A DNA stretch of 49,945 bases, from the IMG/VR virus record IMGVR_UViG_3300032213_002402. One strand, written 5' to 3'. The position numbers and the translations under genes are program-made. This DNA comes from a virus. Below the pieces are notes generated by a model that saw only the letters and a list, made by a program, of their open reading frames with translations, had not been told where the DNA came from and did no database searches. Each line of letters opens with the position of its first letter. The first letter of the stretch is position 1. Positions 19,020-28,395 of this stretch are shown here, piece by piece.

Positions 19020-19418
19020 TTAAAGAATTTCTTCAGTCATTTTTTGTTGGATGTTTTCTGATAGAATCATCTTAACATACAATGAGCGACTTTCAATGGC
19101 GGTAAGAAATCTTACTGCACCCATTCGCCATTTACTTTGACGAATAGTATATTCTTTAATTTCTTTAGGATCATTGATTTCATTTATTTCTATTAATCTA
19201 ATCTTATCTTTAGATTTTTGTGAAGCTAATTGAAACTCAACATCTCTACGAATAATTCGTAATTGAAACATCCAAAGATCTATATTGTTTAATAAAATAT
19301 AAGTATCTTCTTCTGTAGCTTCATTTTTAATATCTTTAAGAACTATAGCATTGAACTGTTGTAGCTCTTCTGGAGTTAAATCTTCAAAAGATTTTAGAGA
19401 CCATATATCTGTGATCAT
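19020..19418 (-). CDS. Unknown helical protein
   Basis: 132 aa ORF, overlaps next gene by 4 nt. Confidence 0.65.
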   Translation of the reverse strand: MITDIWSLKSFEDLTPEELQQFNAIVLKDIKNEATEEDTYILLNNIDLWMFQLRIIRRDVEFQLASQKSKDKIRLIEINEINDPKEIKEYTIRQSKWRMGAVRFLTAIESRSLYVKMILSENIQQKMTEEIL

Positions 19419-20167
19419 GATATTTTATCTTCCTTATTTATAAAGGTATGGGCGGTTTTTATATCAGACAAGAACTGATCAGCTATCTGCTGACCAGCTT
19501 TTAGAGCGTAAGCTGGAGAATAAGTGGTAAGTATAGGCCAATATCCTAACCAGGTTACGGTACCTCTGTAGTCTTTTATTTTTATTTCAGAGCCAAACAA
19601 AGTTACAGCTGGTAATCCACCAAGTGTAACAATAAGTCTAGGGTTCAATAATTGTATTTCAGTATGCAAATACGGAGAACAATTAAATACTTCCTGATTA
19701 GTAAATTTTCTTTTTACAGAACACCTATTAACATAAGTTAGACAAACTTTACTAGAATCAAAGCCTGCCGTTTTGAGTCCCTTTAAAAATAAATCTACAG
19801 ACTCTTGTTGCATATCTGGGTTATCTATGATAAACAAAACTTCTGGATTTGTTACATTCCACTTAGGAAGTTCTGGAACTATAGCACCCAATGCACATTT
19901 TCTACAATTTTTTACTACTGTGTGAAAATCTTTAATTGGATAGTTAACTTTTCTAGATAATAATTCTGAACGAATATCTTTAAATAAATTAGTTAACGCA
20001 GAATCATGTATTAATCCAGTAAGATTGTTATACACAATTTCCAGAAGTTCTGTCTCCATAAAACCTACATGCAATCCCGATTTAGGGAATAGCTTTATAG
20101 ATTCTTCTGGAGACAGCGCTTCAGCAATTAGAGAATTCAGATCAGCTTCGCTGAATTCCAAATCCAT
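19415..20167 (-). CDS. Family-4-like Fe-S uracil-DNA glycosylase-like protein
   Basis: NCRKCALG, LTYVNRCSVKRKFTNQEVFNCSPYLHTEIQLLNPRLIVTLGGLPAVTLFG, TTYSPAYAL; Cys spacing as in Fe-S UDGs. Confidence 0.7.
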   Translation of the reverse strand: MDLEFSEADLNSLIAEALSPEESIKLFPKSGLHVGFMETELLEIVYNNLTGLIHDSALTNLFKDIRSELLSRKVNYPIKDFHTVVKNCRKCALGAIVPELPKWNVTNPEVLFIIDNPDMQQESVDLFLKGLKTAGFDSSKVCLTYVNRCSVKRKFTNQEVFNCSPYLHTEIQLLNPRLIVTLGGLPAVTLFGSEIKIKDYRGTVTWLGYWPILTTYSPAYALKAGQQIADQFLSDIKTAHTFINKEDKIS

Positions 20168-20628
20168 TAGAATGAATTAGGAACCGAATTAAACTCTTCA
20201 GTAGAACCCGAAGCATTAGTTGATGTTGCAGCGGTAGCTGTTCCTGTAGCAGCAGGCTTTGCTGAATTGTTCATGATGTATGAAACTGACTCAGCAACTA
20301 CAACAACTTTAGAACGGTTTCCACCGTCTTGCTGCCAACGCTCTTGTACTAGACGACCAACAAGTTGAACAGGGGAACCCTTCTTCAATTTGCCTGAAGT
20401 AATTTGAGTATGAAGAAATGATGCATTCTTATTAGCGAAATCAGAACCATCCTTGAGATAGTATACGATGTCGAAGTAACCAGAGTTATTCTGGCCGCCC
20501 TTTTCCGAACCAGCATAATCTACAGCTAGTCTGAATTTTGCTATTTTGTCATTGATAAGTTCAGGATCAGAAACTACTCCGCCTGTAAGGCTTATTACAT
20601 TCTTTGGGTCTATCATTTTTATCTCCAA
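20167..20628 (-). CDS. ssb: Single-stranded DNA-binding protein (OB fold)
   Basis: VISLTGGVVSDPELI...KFRLAVDY...GYFDIVYYLKDG...GSPVQLVGRLVQERWQQDGGNRSKVVVVAESV, disordered tail. Confidence 0.8.
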   Translation of the reverse strand: MEIKMIDPKNVISLTGGVVSDPELINDKIAKFRLAVDYAGSEKGGQNNSGYFDIVYYLKDGSDFANKNASFLHTQITSGKLKKGSPVQLVGRLVQERWQQDGGNRSKVVVVAESVSYIMNNSAKPAATGTATAATSTNASGSTEEFNSVPNSF

Positions 20629-20648
20629 TGGTGGTTTATGTATTGTTA

Positions 20649-20924
20649 TTATTTATATTTAGATTCGCCTTCATCAAGCGATGCTTGAAAATGGTCTATC
20701 ATTTCTTGTAGGTATAGTATACAGTATTTCATTGACTCTATCGTCCCAACCTTGACGGTCATATGATGGTAAAGACTAACGAAAATATTAAAAATCCCAG
20801 ATTTCATTTCTTGAATAACATCAGTCGAAACATATTCGCTGATCTCTTCAACTAAAGGCTTATATTCTATATTTTCTTCATTATCCGACATTGTTTGCCT
20901 TCCTTCTGGAAAGAACATTATCAA
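20649..20924 (-). CDS. Unknown small protein
   Basis: 91 aa ORF, likely start MSDNEENIEYK internally. Confidence 0.5.
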   Translation of the reverse strand: MIMFFPEGRQTMSDNEENIEYKPLVEEISEYVSTDVIQEMKSGIFNIFVSLYHHMTVKVGTIESMKYCILYLQEMIDHFQASLDEGESKYK

Positions 20925-21189
20925 TCATTTCACCAAGAAGCTTAGTGTCGCTATAGCCTTTATCGTAAAGGATTGAGATAACCGGTTTAGGGTCTAACAT
21001 ATTATAAGTTATTAACTGTAAATTAAAAATATCATTTAGAGTATATATCCTATAACTATTCATGTCCCTTTTTGGTGCCGGGTATTTTTTATTTTTCTCT
21101 CTGTTGGCAATGGTTAAAGAGGAAACATTTAAAATTTGAGCTACTTCAGATCTTGTAAAAATAGGTTCATTTGTTTTATTTTTGGCCAT
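20881..21189 (-). CDS. Helix-turn-helix (MerR/excisionase-like) DNA-binding protein
   Basis: FTRSEVAQILNVSSLTIANREKNKKYPAPKRDMNSYRIYTLNDIFNLQLITY. Confidence 0.72.
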   Translation of the reverse strand: MAKNKTNEPIFTRSEVAQILNVSSLTIANREKNKKYPAPKRDMNSYRIYTLNDIFNLQLITYNMLDPKPVISILYDKGYSDTKLLGEMIDNVLSRRKANNVG

Positions 21190-21268
21190 TTTTTAATACC
21201 TTTTTAAAAGTTTATATGACTATATATAGTATCATTAAAAATAGGTAAAAGCAAAAAGTTGGTAAAAA

Positions 21269-22339
21269 TTAGTTTTCAAGTATTTTAATATTAGAAATCG
21301 CATTAACCAAATCTCGACTAAAATTACGGTTATGGATAAATACAGAATGACTATTGTTATTGGTCATGTGGTGAATAATGTCAGCATAAGTCTGCTCTAT
21401 TTCATGGAGTGGACCTATTTGATCAAGAAAATCTTCTTCTTCTTCAGCGCAAATATCAAACCTATCAGAACCTCCATTAGCGTACCATTCCCTATCAGCA
21501 TCAAACGTTTTACCCAATGAAGGATTAGGCCAAATTAAATTAAGAACATCTTCAATAGGATATGCTTCCCATTCCTTTAATAAGGAATGAATAGTATTTG
21601 GAGAAACACATCTCCACCAAGAAGAGTGTGCAACTGATTCTAATACTAAATTTGAAGAAAACTGTCTAGGCGAATGCTGAAGCTTTACATGATAAATATT
21701 CTCAGTAAGGTCATGATTAAATCCACTATTCCAAATCCAATCATGAGCAGAAGCTATGACACCAGAAATATCTTTTGGATAACGATCAAGTTCAGTATAA
21801 CTACTAAACATCGGTCTGCATAGTTGACCACCGGTGTAAAAGTTAGGAAGTGGTGGCATGTAAACGTTTTGATCTACAGACGTTAAAGAAGAATTCATAA
21901 AAAACATTCTTACATTATTACAAATATAATTTTTAGCATCATATTCAATTACATACAACTGCCAAGGAATAGGTATTCGATACATTTGTACATGATCTTC
22001 TTCATCCCAATCTTCGTCTTCTTGCCCCATACCTTCAACGGTTTCAGGAATGTATTGAATAACCTGATAACAAGGTGGTCGCTCGAATACAATAGCTCCA
22101 GGATAATAATACTTCAATGCTGGAGGTAAAATTCCAGAAGAAACTTTACCTTGAGAAGATGTTATCAACGATTCGAAAAAACCATCTTGTATCTTAACAC
22201 CGTGATCAAAATAAGATCTAGGAATAGAGCCTTCCCCAGTAGTATGGTGTGAATATTTAATTCCAGATAAATTAAACTCAACATCTAAAGAATGATCGTT
22301 ATCAGTAGATATTATGGAGTATTCAAAATCAGTTAACAT
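21269..22339 (-). CDS. Putative E2-like protein, paralog 1
   Basis: FERPPCYQVIQYIP...RIPIPWQLYVIEYD...NNVRMFFMNSSLTSVDQNVYMPPLPNFYTGGQLCRP; shared motif with the next CDS and with 30905..32839. Confidence 0.5.
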   Translation of the reverse strand: MLTDFEYSIISTDNDHSLDVEFNLSGIKYSHHTTGEGSIPRSYFDHGVKIQDGFFESLITSSQGKVSSGILPPALKYYYPGAIVFERPPCYQVIQYIPETVEGMGQEDEDWDEEDHVQMYRIPIPWQLYVIEYDAKNYICNNVRMFFMNSSLTSVDQNVYMPPLPNFYTGGQLCRPMFSSYTELDRYPKDISGVIASAHDWIWNSGFNHDLTENIYHVKLQHSPRQFSSNLVLESVAHSSWWRCVSPNTIHSLLKEWEAYPIEDVLNLIWPNPSLGKTFDADREWYANGGSDRFDICAEEEEDFLDQIGPLHEIEQTYADIIHHMTNNNSHSVFIHNRNFSRDLVNAISNIKILEN

Positions 22340-23592
22340 AAAACTCCTTGAGCTACAACAGGATTAAGAATATCATCCATAGAATAAGTGATAGTTATCA
22401 CAGGTTTATTTTCCATTGAATCATAAGAATCAACAGTGTCTACAATGGTAGATAAAGCTTTCTTAAAACCATTTAGAAAAGCAGTTGTGTTTTCATTATA
22501 AAATTCAGAAAAAAGTTCTTTACTTACCAGTCTATGATTATAACTATCTAAACGAACGCATGATGAAGAAACTTTTTCATTTATTTTATGAATAAACTCT
22601 TCATTATAGTTAATAACAAACTCCCAATGAACAGAATGTGCAATAGAAGAAATACTGTTTGAGATTAATTTTAAATAATCTACTTCAGTTTTATTGTCTT
22701 CTAAATTTAATTCATTTAAAACTTGTTTAAGAAGGTATTTAGATGAACCAGGAAAAGTTTCTTTAAATTTTGTTATTGAAAATAAAACTTCTTCAAGAGT
22801 CAATAAACTCCAAACATAATAAGAGTTTTTAACTCTCGTAGAATCTCTGCTTGATGTATCTATATTTGTTATCTTTAACTTCGACTGCTTAGCTCGTTCA
22901 ACTAATTCTGGTTTATCCAATGGTGAATTGGTAAATTTCCCAATTTCACGGTAAGTAAGAGTTGCCAATTGTCCTAAGCCTAAATCTAAATTCCAACCGC
23001 CGTTAAAATAATCATTTATATAAAAGTAATAAATATCAGCTATGCTATCAGCAGATACTCTACCACTTTCTACTTCTTCACGCCAATTGTTATCAGTTTG
23101 TCCCCAGCATAAATGACCTGCTCCATAATGAGCATTAGGTGTTAGTAAAGGAGCCAGTTGATCTTCGATAGAACTTAAGGGACCATCATTAAAAAATAGT
23201 CTTACTTGTGGATCAGGAGATAGCTTAGTTGGTAAAGTAACTATAGCTACAGTCCAAGGTATCCAAACTTCACAAAGCACACTTGCTTCTTTCTTAACAC
23301 GAGCAGCGCGTGTAGGAGTAAAACGAATTGAAGTTTTAAACGGAGGACGTTCTATAACAAACCTGTTATCATCTATGGCTCTTATTGCAACTGGAAAAGG
23401 ACGACCAATAAGATCGTCTGCAGAGTAAGTGCGATTGCTAACAATTTTAGTAAATTCTTGATAAGATAACTTAGAAGCTTTTCCGCTAATAGCATAAGAG
23501 CTTGTAGAGCAATAGTCTGTATAATTTTCTAGATAAATAATATCAGAAGATTTCCTAGACTGCTTGAAGTGTTTCAGAAATTTGATTACCAT
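22333..23592 (-). CDS. Putative E2-like protein, paralog 2
   Basis: IERPPFKTSIRFTP...VWIPWTVAIVTLP...PQVRLFFNDGPLSSIEDQLAPLLTPNAHYGAGHLCWGQ. Confidence 0.5.
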   Translation of the reverse strand: MVIKFLKHFKQSRKSSDIIYLENYTDYCSTSSYAISGKASKLSYQEFTKIVSNRTYSADDLIGRPFPVAIRAIDDNRFVIERPPFKTSIRFTPTRAARVKKEASVLCEVWIPWTVAIVTLPTKLSPDPQVRLFFNDGPLSSIEDQLAPLLTPNAHYGAGHLCWGQTDNNWREEVESGRVSADSIADIYYFYINDYFNGGWNLDLGLGQLATLTYREIGKFTNSPLDKPELVERAKQSKLKITNIDTSSRDSTRVKNSYYVWSLLTLEEVLFSITKFKETFPGSSKYLLKQVLNELNLEDNKTEVDYLKLISNSISSIAHSVHWEFVINYNEEFIHKINEKVSSSCVRLDSYNHRLVSKELFSEFYNENTTAFLNGFKKALSTIVDTVDSYDSMENKPVITITYSMDDILNPVVAQGVLC

Positions 23593-24538
23593 TAGGATCC
23601 TCAGAAAATAGAGTAGAAATATAACTGTTCTTTGATTTTTTATTTATAACAACATTTTGTATTGTGTTATTTGGTTCAATATCATAATCTTCATTGTAGT
23701 CTGAATAGACTTGAGATAATACAGATAAAGCTTCTTGACGAAGAGTAGATTTATCTTTTCCAAAAACAGTATTTTTATAATCCAACCGATGTAAAATTAC
23801 ATCAGTGTCAAGATTCTTTAATTCAATAACCCATGTATCATTTATCGAACGATACATGGTTGTTTTTACTGAAAAAGATTCACCACTCATTTTGTGTTTA
23901 AATACATCAGTCTGAATTAATTCTTCATCAGACAGATAAAAAGGACAAAGAGTATATATCCTGTTAGAAGCAGACGAGTACAAGCATTCAGTTACAGCTG
24001 AAATGCTCTTAGAATTAATTACAGGATTAGAACATACACAGGACCGAGAAGCATTAGCAAATTGGTAATGTTCAGATGTTTGAGAAAACGGAGCAGAGCT
24101 AGTTCTATAAGAGCACATTCTAATATTAGAATTATCTACTTTAGTTTTAAAGAATAATTCAGTACTGAAAGAAAACATCTTCTTTTCTGGATTGTAGCTA
24201 GCCCATTCAGGTATTGATGAAGTATGGCTGTTTGGTTCGCTAGAAAGAAAACTGTAATTCTTTGAAGTCTTTGAAGATAACAAATACATTTCAATAATTG
24301 TTGTCATATTTGAACCTGATATAGAATCTATTGAAGATCCTTTAGGCAGATTGTAATATAAATTAAAACTATACTTATCTAATAAATCCATTTGCTTAGA
24401 TGCATTTACTTCTGCTGTCATTTTAATAGTGTCCCAATAAACAAAGTTAGCGGGAACTGTTTCATCATAAACAAATACAGCAGTTATCTTATTAGATAGT
24501 ACATAAGGGATTGGTTGTATTTCCACAATTAACTCCAA
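23555..24538 (-). CDS. Unknown protein in Ubl-system block
   Basis: 327 aa intact ORF. Confidence 0.7.
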   Translation of the reverse strand: MELIVEIQPIPYVLSNKITAVFVYDETVPANFVYWDTIKMTAEVNASKQMDLLDKYSFNLYYNLPKGSSIDSISGSNMTTIIEMYLLSSKTSKNYSFLSSEPNSHTSSIPEWASYNPEKKMFSFSTELFFKTKVDNSNIRMCSYRTSSAPFSQTSEHYQFANASRSCVCSNPVINSKSISAVTECLYSSASNRIYTLCPFYLSDEELIQTDVFKHKMSGESFSVKTTMYRSINDTWVIELKNLDTDVILHRLDYKNTVFGKDKSTLRQEALSVLSQVYSDYNEDYDIEPNNTIQNVVINKKSKNSYISTLFSEDPNGNQISETLQAV

Positions 24539-25173
24539 GTAGACATAGTTTTATTTAATATTGAATTTTGCAAATGTGCGTTTTGTATATACTGTTGCTG
24601 TAAATCTTTTTCGATAATACTGTTTCTTTCAAGAAGAAACTTAATATCTATTTCCTGTTTAGCCAAATGATTAGTAGCTTGAACCAAAAGTTGAGTCATT
24701 GATGAGTATGGAAAATCAAGAGATTTAATTGCAGTAAAATCTTCTTCAGTAAAGTTAACAGCTTTAACTAAGATGCATTTTCCACCACCAGCACCAACTT
24801 GCATAAATCTACCAGTATTCTTCATGTAGTTAAAATAAAGATTTGTAATACTAGGAAGAATATCAGGATAGAATGTTTTAAAAAATTGTTTCCTAGAAAA
24901 AGGATAAACCATTTGCCTATACATTGAATGTTCAGTTATTCCGTAAGTAGAATGATCATTATCTAATACGCCACATTCTTCAATGTAATCAGCAATGTAT
25001 TCGTCGTAAGTACGGGTTGCTTCTGTAGTCAGCTTTAAAAAATCAATCCGCTCATTAATAATACATGCATGTGTGAATTGATCTAATGGAAGCAACTCGT
25101 TTGAACCCATAACTAACGGATTAATAATTAATTGATTAGCAGTAGCAAGATCTGTAATGTTATCTATAATCAT
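24529..25173 (-). CDS. Unknown protein in Ubl-system block
   Basis: 214 aa intact ORF overlapping neighbours. Confidence 0.7.
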   Translation of the reverse strand: MIIDNITDLATANQLIINPLVMGSNELLPLDQFTHACIINERIDFLKLTTEATRTYDEYIADYIEECGVLDNDHSTYGITEHSMYRQMVYPFSRKQFFKTFYPDILPSITNLYFNYMKNTGRFMQVGAGGGKCILVKAVNFTEEDFTAIKSLDFPYSSMTQLLVQATNHLAKQEIDIKFLLERNSIIEKDLQQQYIQNAHLQNSILNKTMSTWS

Positions 25174-25373
25174 AAAACCTCGATTGAATGAAATTCTAAT
25201 GTGTTATTTTTTATGAAATACGATAAAGATGAAGCTAATAAATGCAACGATTGTATTTCGGGATGAATTGATTTAGCTAATGGATAAATCAACCTTAAAG
25301 ATGCAGGTGTATTAACCAACTCTAAAGAATTAGGATCAACGAATAAAACAGAAACAGTATTATTCGGTGGCAT
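25170..25373 (-). CDS. Small unknown protein
   Basis: Start taken at MPPNNTVSVLFVDPNS to limit overlap with the upstream gene. Confidence 0.5.
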   Translation of the reverse strand: MPPNNTVSVLFVDPNSLELVNTPASLRLIYPLAKSIHPEIQSLHLLASSLSYFIKNNTLEFHSIEVL

Positions 25374-25752
25374 CAGAAGACTTGGAGTCAACCACGTCTT
25401 CAAGGGCTGAGGCAAGTCTTGGATTATCGTTTGCCACGATTCCATTAGCGCCTTCTTTCATAATAGAGTACATCTTTTGTCTAGCGGTATGTAAAGAATC
25501 ATGAAAATTCTTTTTAGATTCTTCAGTAGTAAAGTTTAACTGACCAAGAAGAGCTTCTATAAATACAGCTTGCTCAGCAAAACCTGTTGCTAAAACAGCA
25601 ATTTGCTTTTCATAAGATTCCATAACTGCATCGAGCTTTGCTAACTTAGTATCAAATTGACCAGCCATTGCCAACACAACAGCGTTGATATCTCTTCTTA
25701 ATAATTCAACTTCTGTATATTCAGGAATTGAATTTTCTTCTATATCGGTCAT
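25360..25752 (-). CDS. Unknown helical protein
   Basis: 130 aa ORF, 4 nt overlap with upstream gene. Confidence 0.65.
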   Translation of the reverse strand: MTDIEENSIPEYTEVELLRRDINAVVLAMAGQFDTKLAKLDAVMESYEKQIAVLATGFAEQAVFIEALLGQLNFTTEESKKNFHDSLHTARQKMYSIMKEGANGIVANDNPRLASALEDVVDSKSSDATE

Positions 25753-26375
25753 ACCTCATACCAGTCTTTCTTATTAGCAACGTGAGAAATTAAAGCAAGA
25801 TCAACTAAATAAGAAATAGAATATAATTCTTGACGAGTTACCTTAATACTATCTACAGATATTGGAGACTTCATATCTGGTAGGAATGCTCCACTATCGG
25901 TTTTCTTAGCATTAAAGTGTCCAGTCTTAAACACAAATGAATCGGTGTCAAAAGTTTCACCCGATTGCCAATAGTGAACCTTAAAGATCCTGCTAATTGG
26001 TTTACCTTGAACTTCTGCACCACCATAGGATACAAAGCCTTCATCTGTTACTACGCCAGTTTTAGCATTTGCAGGATATGCAAATTTAGCAGTGCCAGCT
26101 GTGATGGCCTTAAGCCAGGCTCCAAAGTCAACAGCATCAACAAACACATTGGTATTGCCAGCCAATTTACCATCAGCTGATATCTTGCCAATATCAATTC
26201 TAAACTTCATACCAGCAAACCAAGGCCTTATTGATATAAAACCACTTTGAGTTTTAGAACGGAACCATTTTTTATAAAGATCTTTTTCATAACTCTTTTC
26301 AGTAGGTGTATCTGGTTTAAAGTTTTCCTCATACACGCTTTCATCAATAGATGATTCTTGCTGTAAGTTAGACAT
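25749..26375 (-). CDS. Unknown protein upstream-linked to AAA ATPase
   Basis: 208 aa, TQSGFISIRPWFAGMKFRIDIGKISADGKLAGNTNVFVDAVDFGAWLKAI. Confidence 0.7.
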   Translation of the reverse strand: MSNLQQESSIDESVYEENFKPDTPTEKSYEKDLYKKWFRSKTQSGFISIRPWFAGMKFRIDIGKISADGKLAGNTNVFVDAVDFGAWLKAITAGTAKFAYPANAKTGVVTDEGFVSYGGAEVQGKPISRIFKVHYWQSGETFDTDSFVFKTGHFNAKKTDSGAFLPDMKSPISVDSIKVTRQELYSISYLVDLALISHVANKKDWYEV

Positions 26376-26384
26376 AGTGGCTCC

Positions 26385-28016
26385 TTATTTAGTGTTCCAT
26401 TGAAGTGACTTATTAGCTGGCTTAGGACTAGTAGTTAAGTTTCCGCTAACTACTAGTTTAGCATCATTAAATTGATCTGTCGAGGCCCAATCCCACTGCT
26501 CAATTGCAGTAGAATATAAGTCTTGAATCATTTGACGATTCTTATTCCATAATATATTACGCATTGTAGGGGCAGTCTTTACGACATCTTCAGTATTGAT
26601 TGTGCGTAATTGACCTAAAGCAATATTAAATTTAGTTTCTTTAATTAAAGATTTAATCTCAGCGCCAGTAAAATACTGGGTAACTGTAGAGATTTGCTCA
26701 TAATCAAATTGATGATCAGTGTCAATACCGGTAAGATATATTTTGATAATATCGATTCTTTCCATGAAGGATGGAAGACCAACAAACATTATTTTATCAA
26801 ATCTATCTGCTCTAAGCATTTCTGGGCGAAGGTTTTCTAGTTGATTAGCAGCACACATTAAGAAAACATTTTTAGGAAGTTCTTGTAAACCAGTTAAGAA
26901 CTCACCATGAACACGATCAGTAGTACCGCCATCTACATGGGAAGAACTTGAACCACCAGATAGGTCTCGACCAAACTCGTCGATCCAAACACACAAAGGA
27001 GCCATTGCGCTAATTTGCCTAAAGACATTACGCATGTTAGCTTCTGATTGACCTACAAATGAGTTCATTACTTGACTAACACCAGTACGAGCTAAGTCTA
27101 AATTTAAAGCGTGAGCAGTTGCTTCACAGATAGCTGATTTACCAGTACCTGGAACTCCTACCATAAGCATTCTAGCAATAGGGCTAACACCAAACTGCTT
27201 AGCCTTATCTGGATTATGCCAAAGAACTGCATTACGATTAATGATTTCTTTAATATTATCTAAGCCACCAATTTGATCAAACGAAATTGTTGGTTTTTTA
27301 ATTTCAAGAATGCCATTACGTTTAATGTCAGACATTTTCATATTATAAATAACTTCTGGATCAACAGTTCCTTTTTCAACAACAGATGTTAAACATAAGT
27401 TAATAAAAGAAGACTCGTTTAATCCCAAGCCAGCTTTAGCAATTTGATGTTTTTTGGATGAATCAAATACGATGCCATTAGTGGAAGTCTCAATGTGGGA
27501 AAGAATAGAAGACAATTCTTCCAGAGTAGGAATTTCAAATTCAATGTTTGCAAAGAGATGCTTATAATCTTCCGGCGCATCAAAAGAAGAAATAAATATA
27601 AACTGTAATGGCATTTCACCTAGATCATCAGACCAAAAGGACTGCCTGTATTGACTATGACTGTTAGACAAAAGACCAGAATACATTGCAACTAATTCAT
27701 CTGGCTTTGAAGATAAAGTATATAAAAAGGTAGACTTTTTAGAAACAGATTTATTTGAATTAAGGTATTGATAAGCAACACCAAAATCATAAGTAACAGA
27801 TTCTATAGTATCTAATGGATTATCACTTTGTGGATTTGGCATTTCTATCAAAACAGGCTTCCAAATACCATCAATGTACTGACTGAATCCTTTACGATTA
27901 TCAATCATATAATAAATACGTTCTTCAAAAGCAGTAATTGCTTCTAAAGAACGATAAATGTCAGAGGTCTTTAACCAGATTGCTGGTACCCCAAGTTTTA
28001 TTTGCGAAAAGAGCAT
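26385..28016 (-). CDS. AAA+ ATPase (Cdc48/FtsH/SpoVK-like)
   Basis: Walker A GVPGTGKS, Walker B CVWIDEFGRD, MCAANQLENLRPEMLRADRFDKIMFVGLPS. Confidence 0.92.
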   Translation of the reverse strand: MLFSQIKLGVPAIWLKTSDIYRSLEAITAFEERIYYMIDNRKGFSQYIDGIWKPVLIEMPNPQSDNPLDTIESVTYDFGVAYQYLNSNKSVSKKSTFLYTLSSKPDELVAMYSGLLSNSHSQYRQSFWSDDLGEMPLQFIFISSFDAPEDYKHLFANIEFEIPTLEELSSILSHIETSTNGIVFDSSKKHQIAKAGLGLNESSFINLCLTSVVEKGTVDPEVIYNMKMSDIKRNGILEIKKPTISFDQIGGLDNIKEIINRNAVLWHNPDKAKQFGVSPIARMLMVGVPGTGKSAICEATAHALNLDLARTGVSQVMNSFVGQSEANMRNVFRQISAMAPLCVWIDEFGRDLSGGSSSSHVDGGTTDRVHGEFLTGLQELPKNVFLMCAANQLENLRPEMLRADRFDKIMFVGLPSFMERIDIIKIYLTGIDTDHQFDYEQISTVTQYFTGAEIKSLIKETKFNIALGQLRTINTEDVVKTAPTMRNILWNKNRQMIQDLYSTAIEQWDWASTDQFNDAKLVVSGNLTTSPKPANKSLQWNTK

Positions 28017-28107
28017 TAGCTTACCCCTGTATATAAATAGAATTAGAATATAAATGTGGGGGAGAATACCCGATCAAGGTACTCTCCCCCACAAACCTTA
28101 AAGGTTA

Positions 28108-28365
28108 TCAGCCTTTTTCGCCCGCACGGCGGTGAAACTCTACGTTATCATTTGGTTGGATAACATAGTTTTCGTCAAGCTTATCTTTGCCCTTGTACGC
28201 AATTGCATCACTAGGGATTCCCCACAACTTACCAAACTGTTCACGAGCTTGGTTAACAGTTTTACCTGCAATTGGGCTTGGTTGGTTGTATACGCCGAAA
28301 CGTACGTTTGCAACACCTGATGTTGCCTTTGAAGCCGAAGCTCCACTTTCATTTATATTGCTCAT
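28108..28365 (-). CDS. Ubiquitin-like (beta-grasp) modifier candidate
   Basis: 85 aa; VRFGVYNQPSPIAGKTVNQAREQFGKLWGIPSDAIAYKGKDKLDENYVIQPNDNVEFHRRAGEKG*, terminal Gly, adjacent to E1 and JAB genes. Confidence 0.75.
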   Translation of the reverse strand: MSNINESGASASKATSGVANVRFGVYNQPSPIAGKTVNQAREQFGKLWGIPSDAIAYKGKDKLDENYVIQPNDNVEFHRRAGEKG

Positions 28366-28395
28366 GGTTCTTCCTTTATTGTTAGTTTATATATA

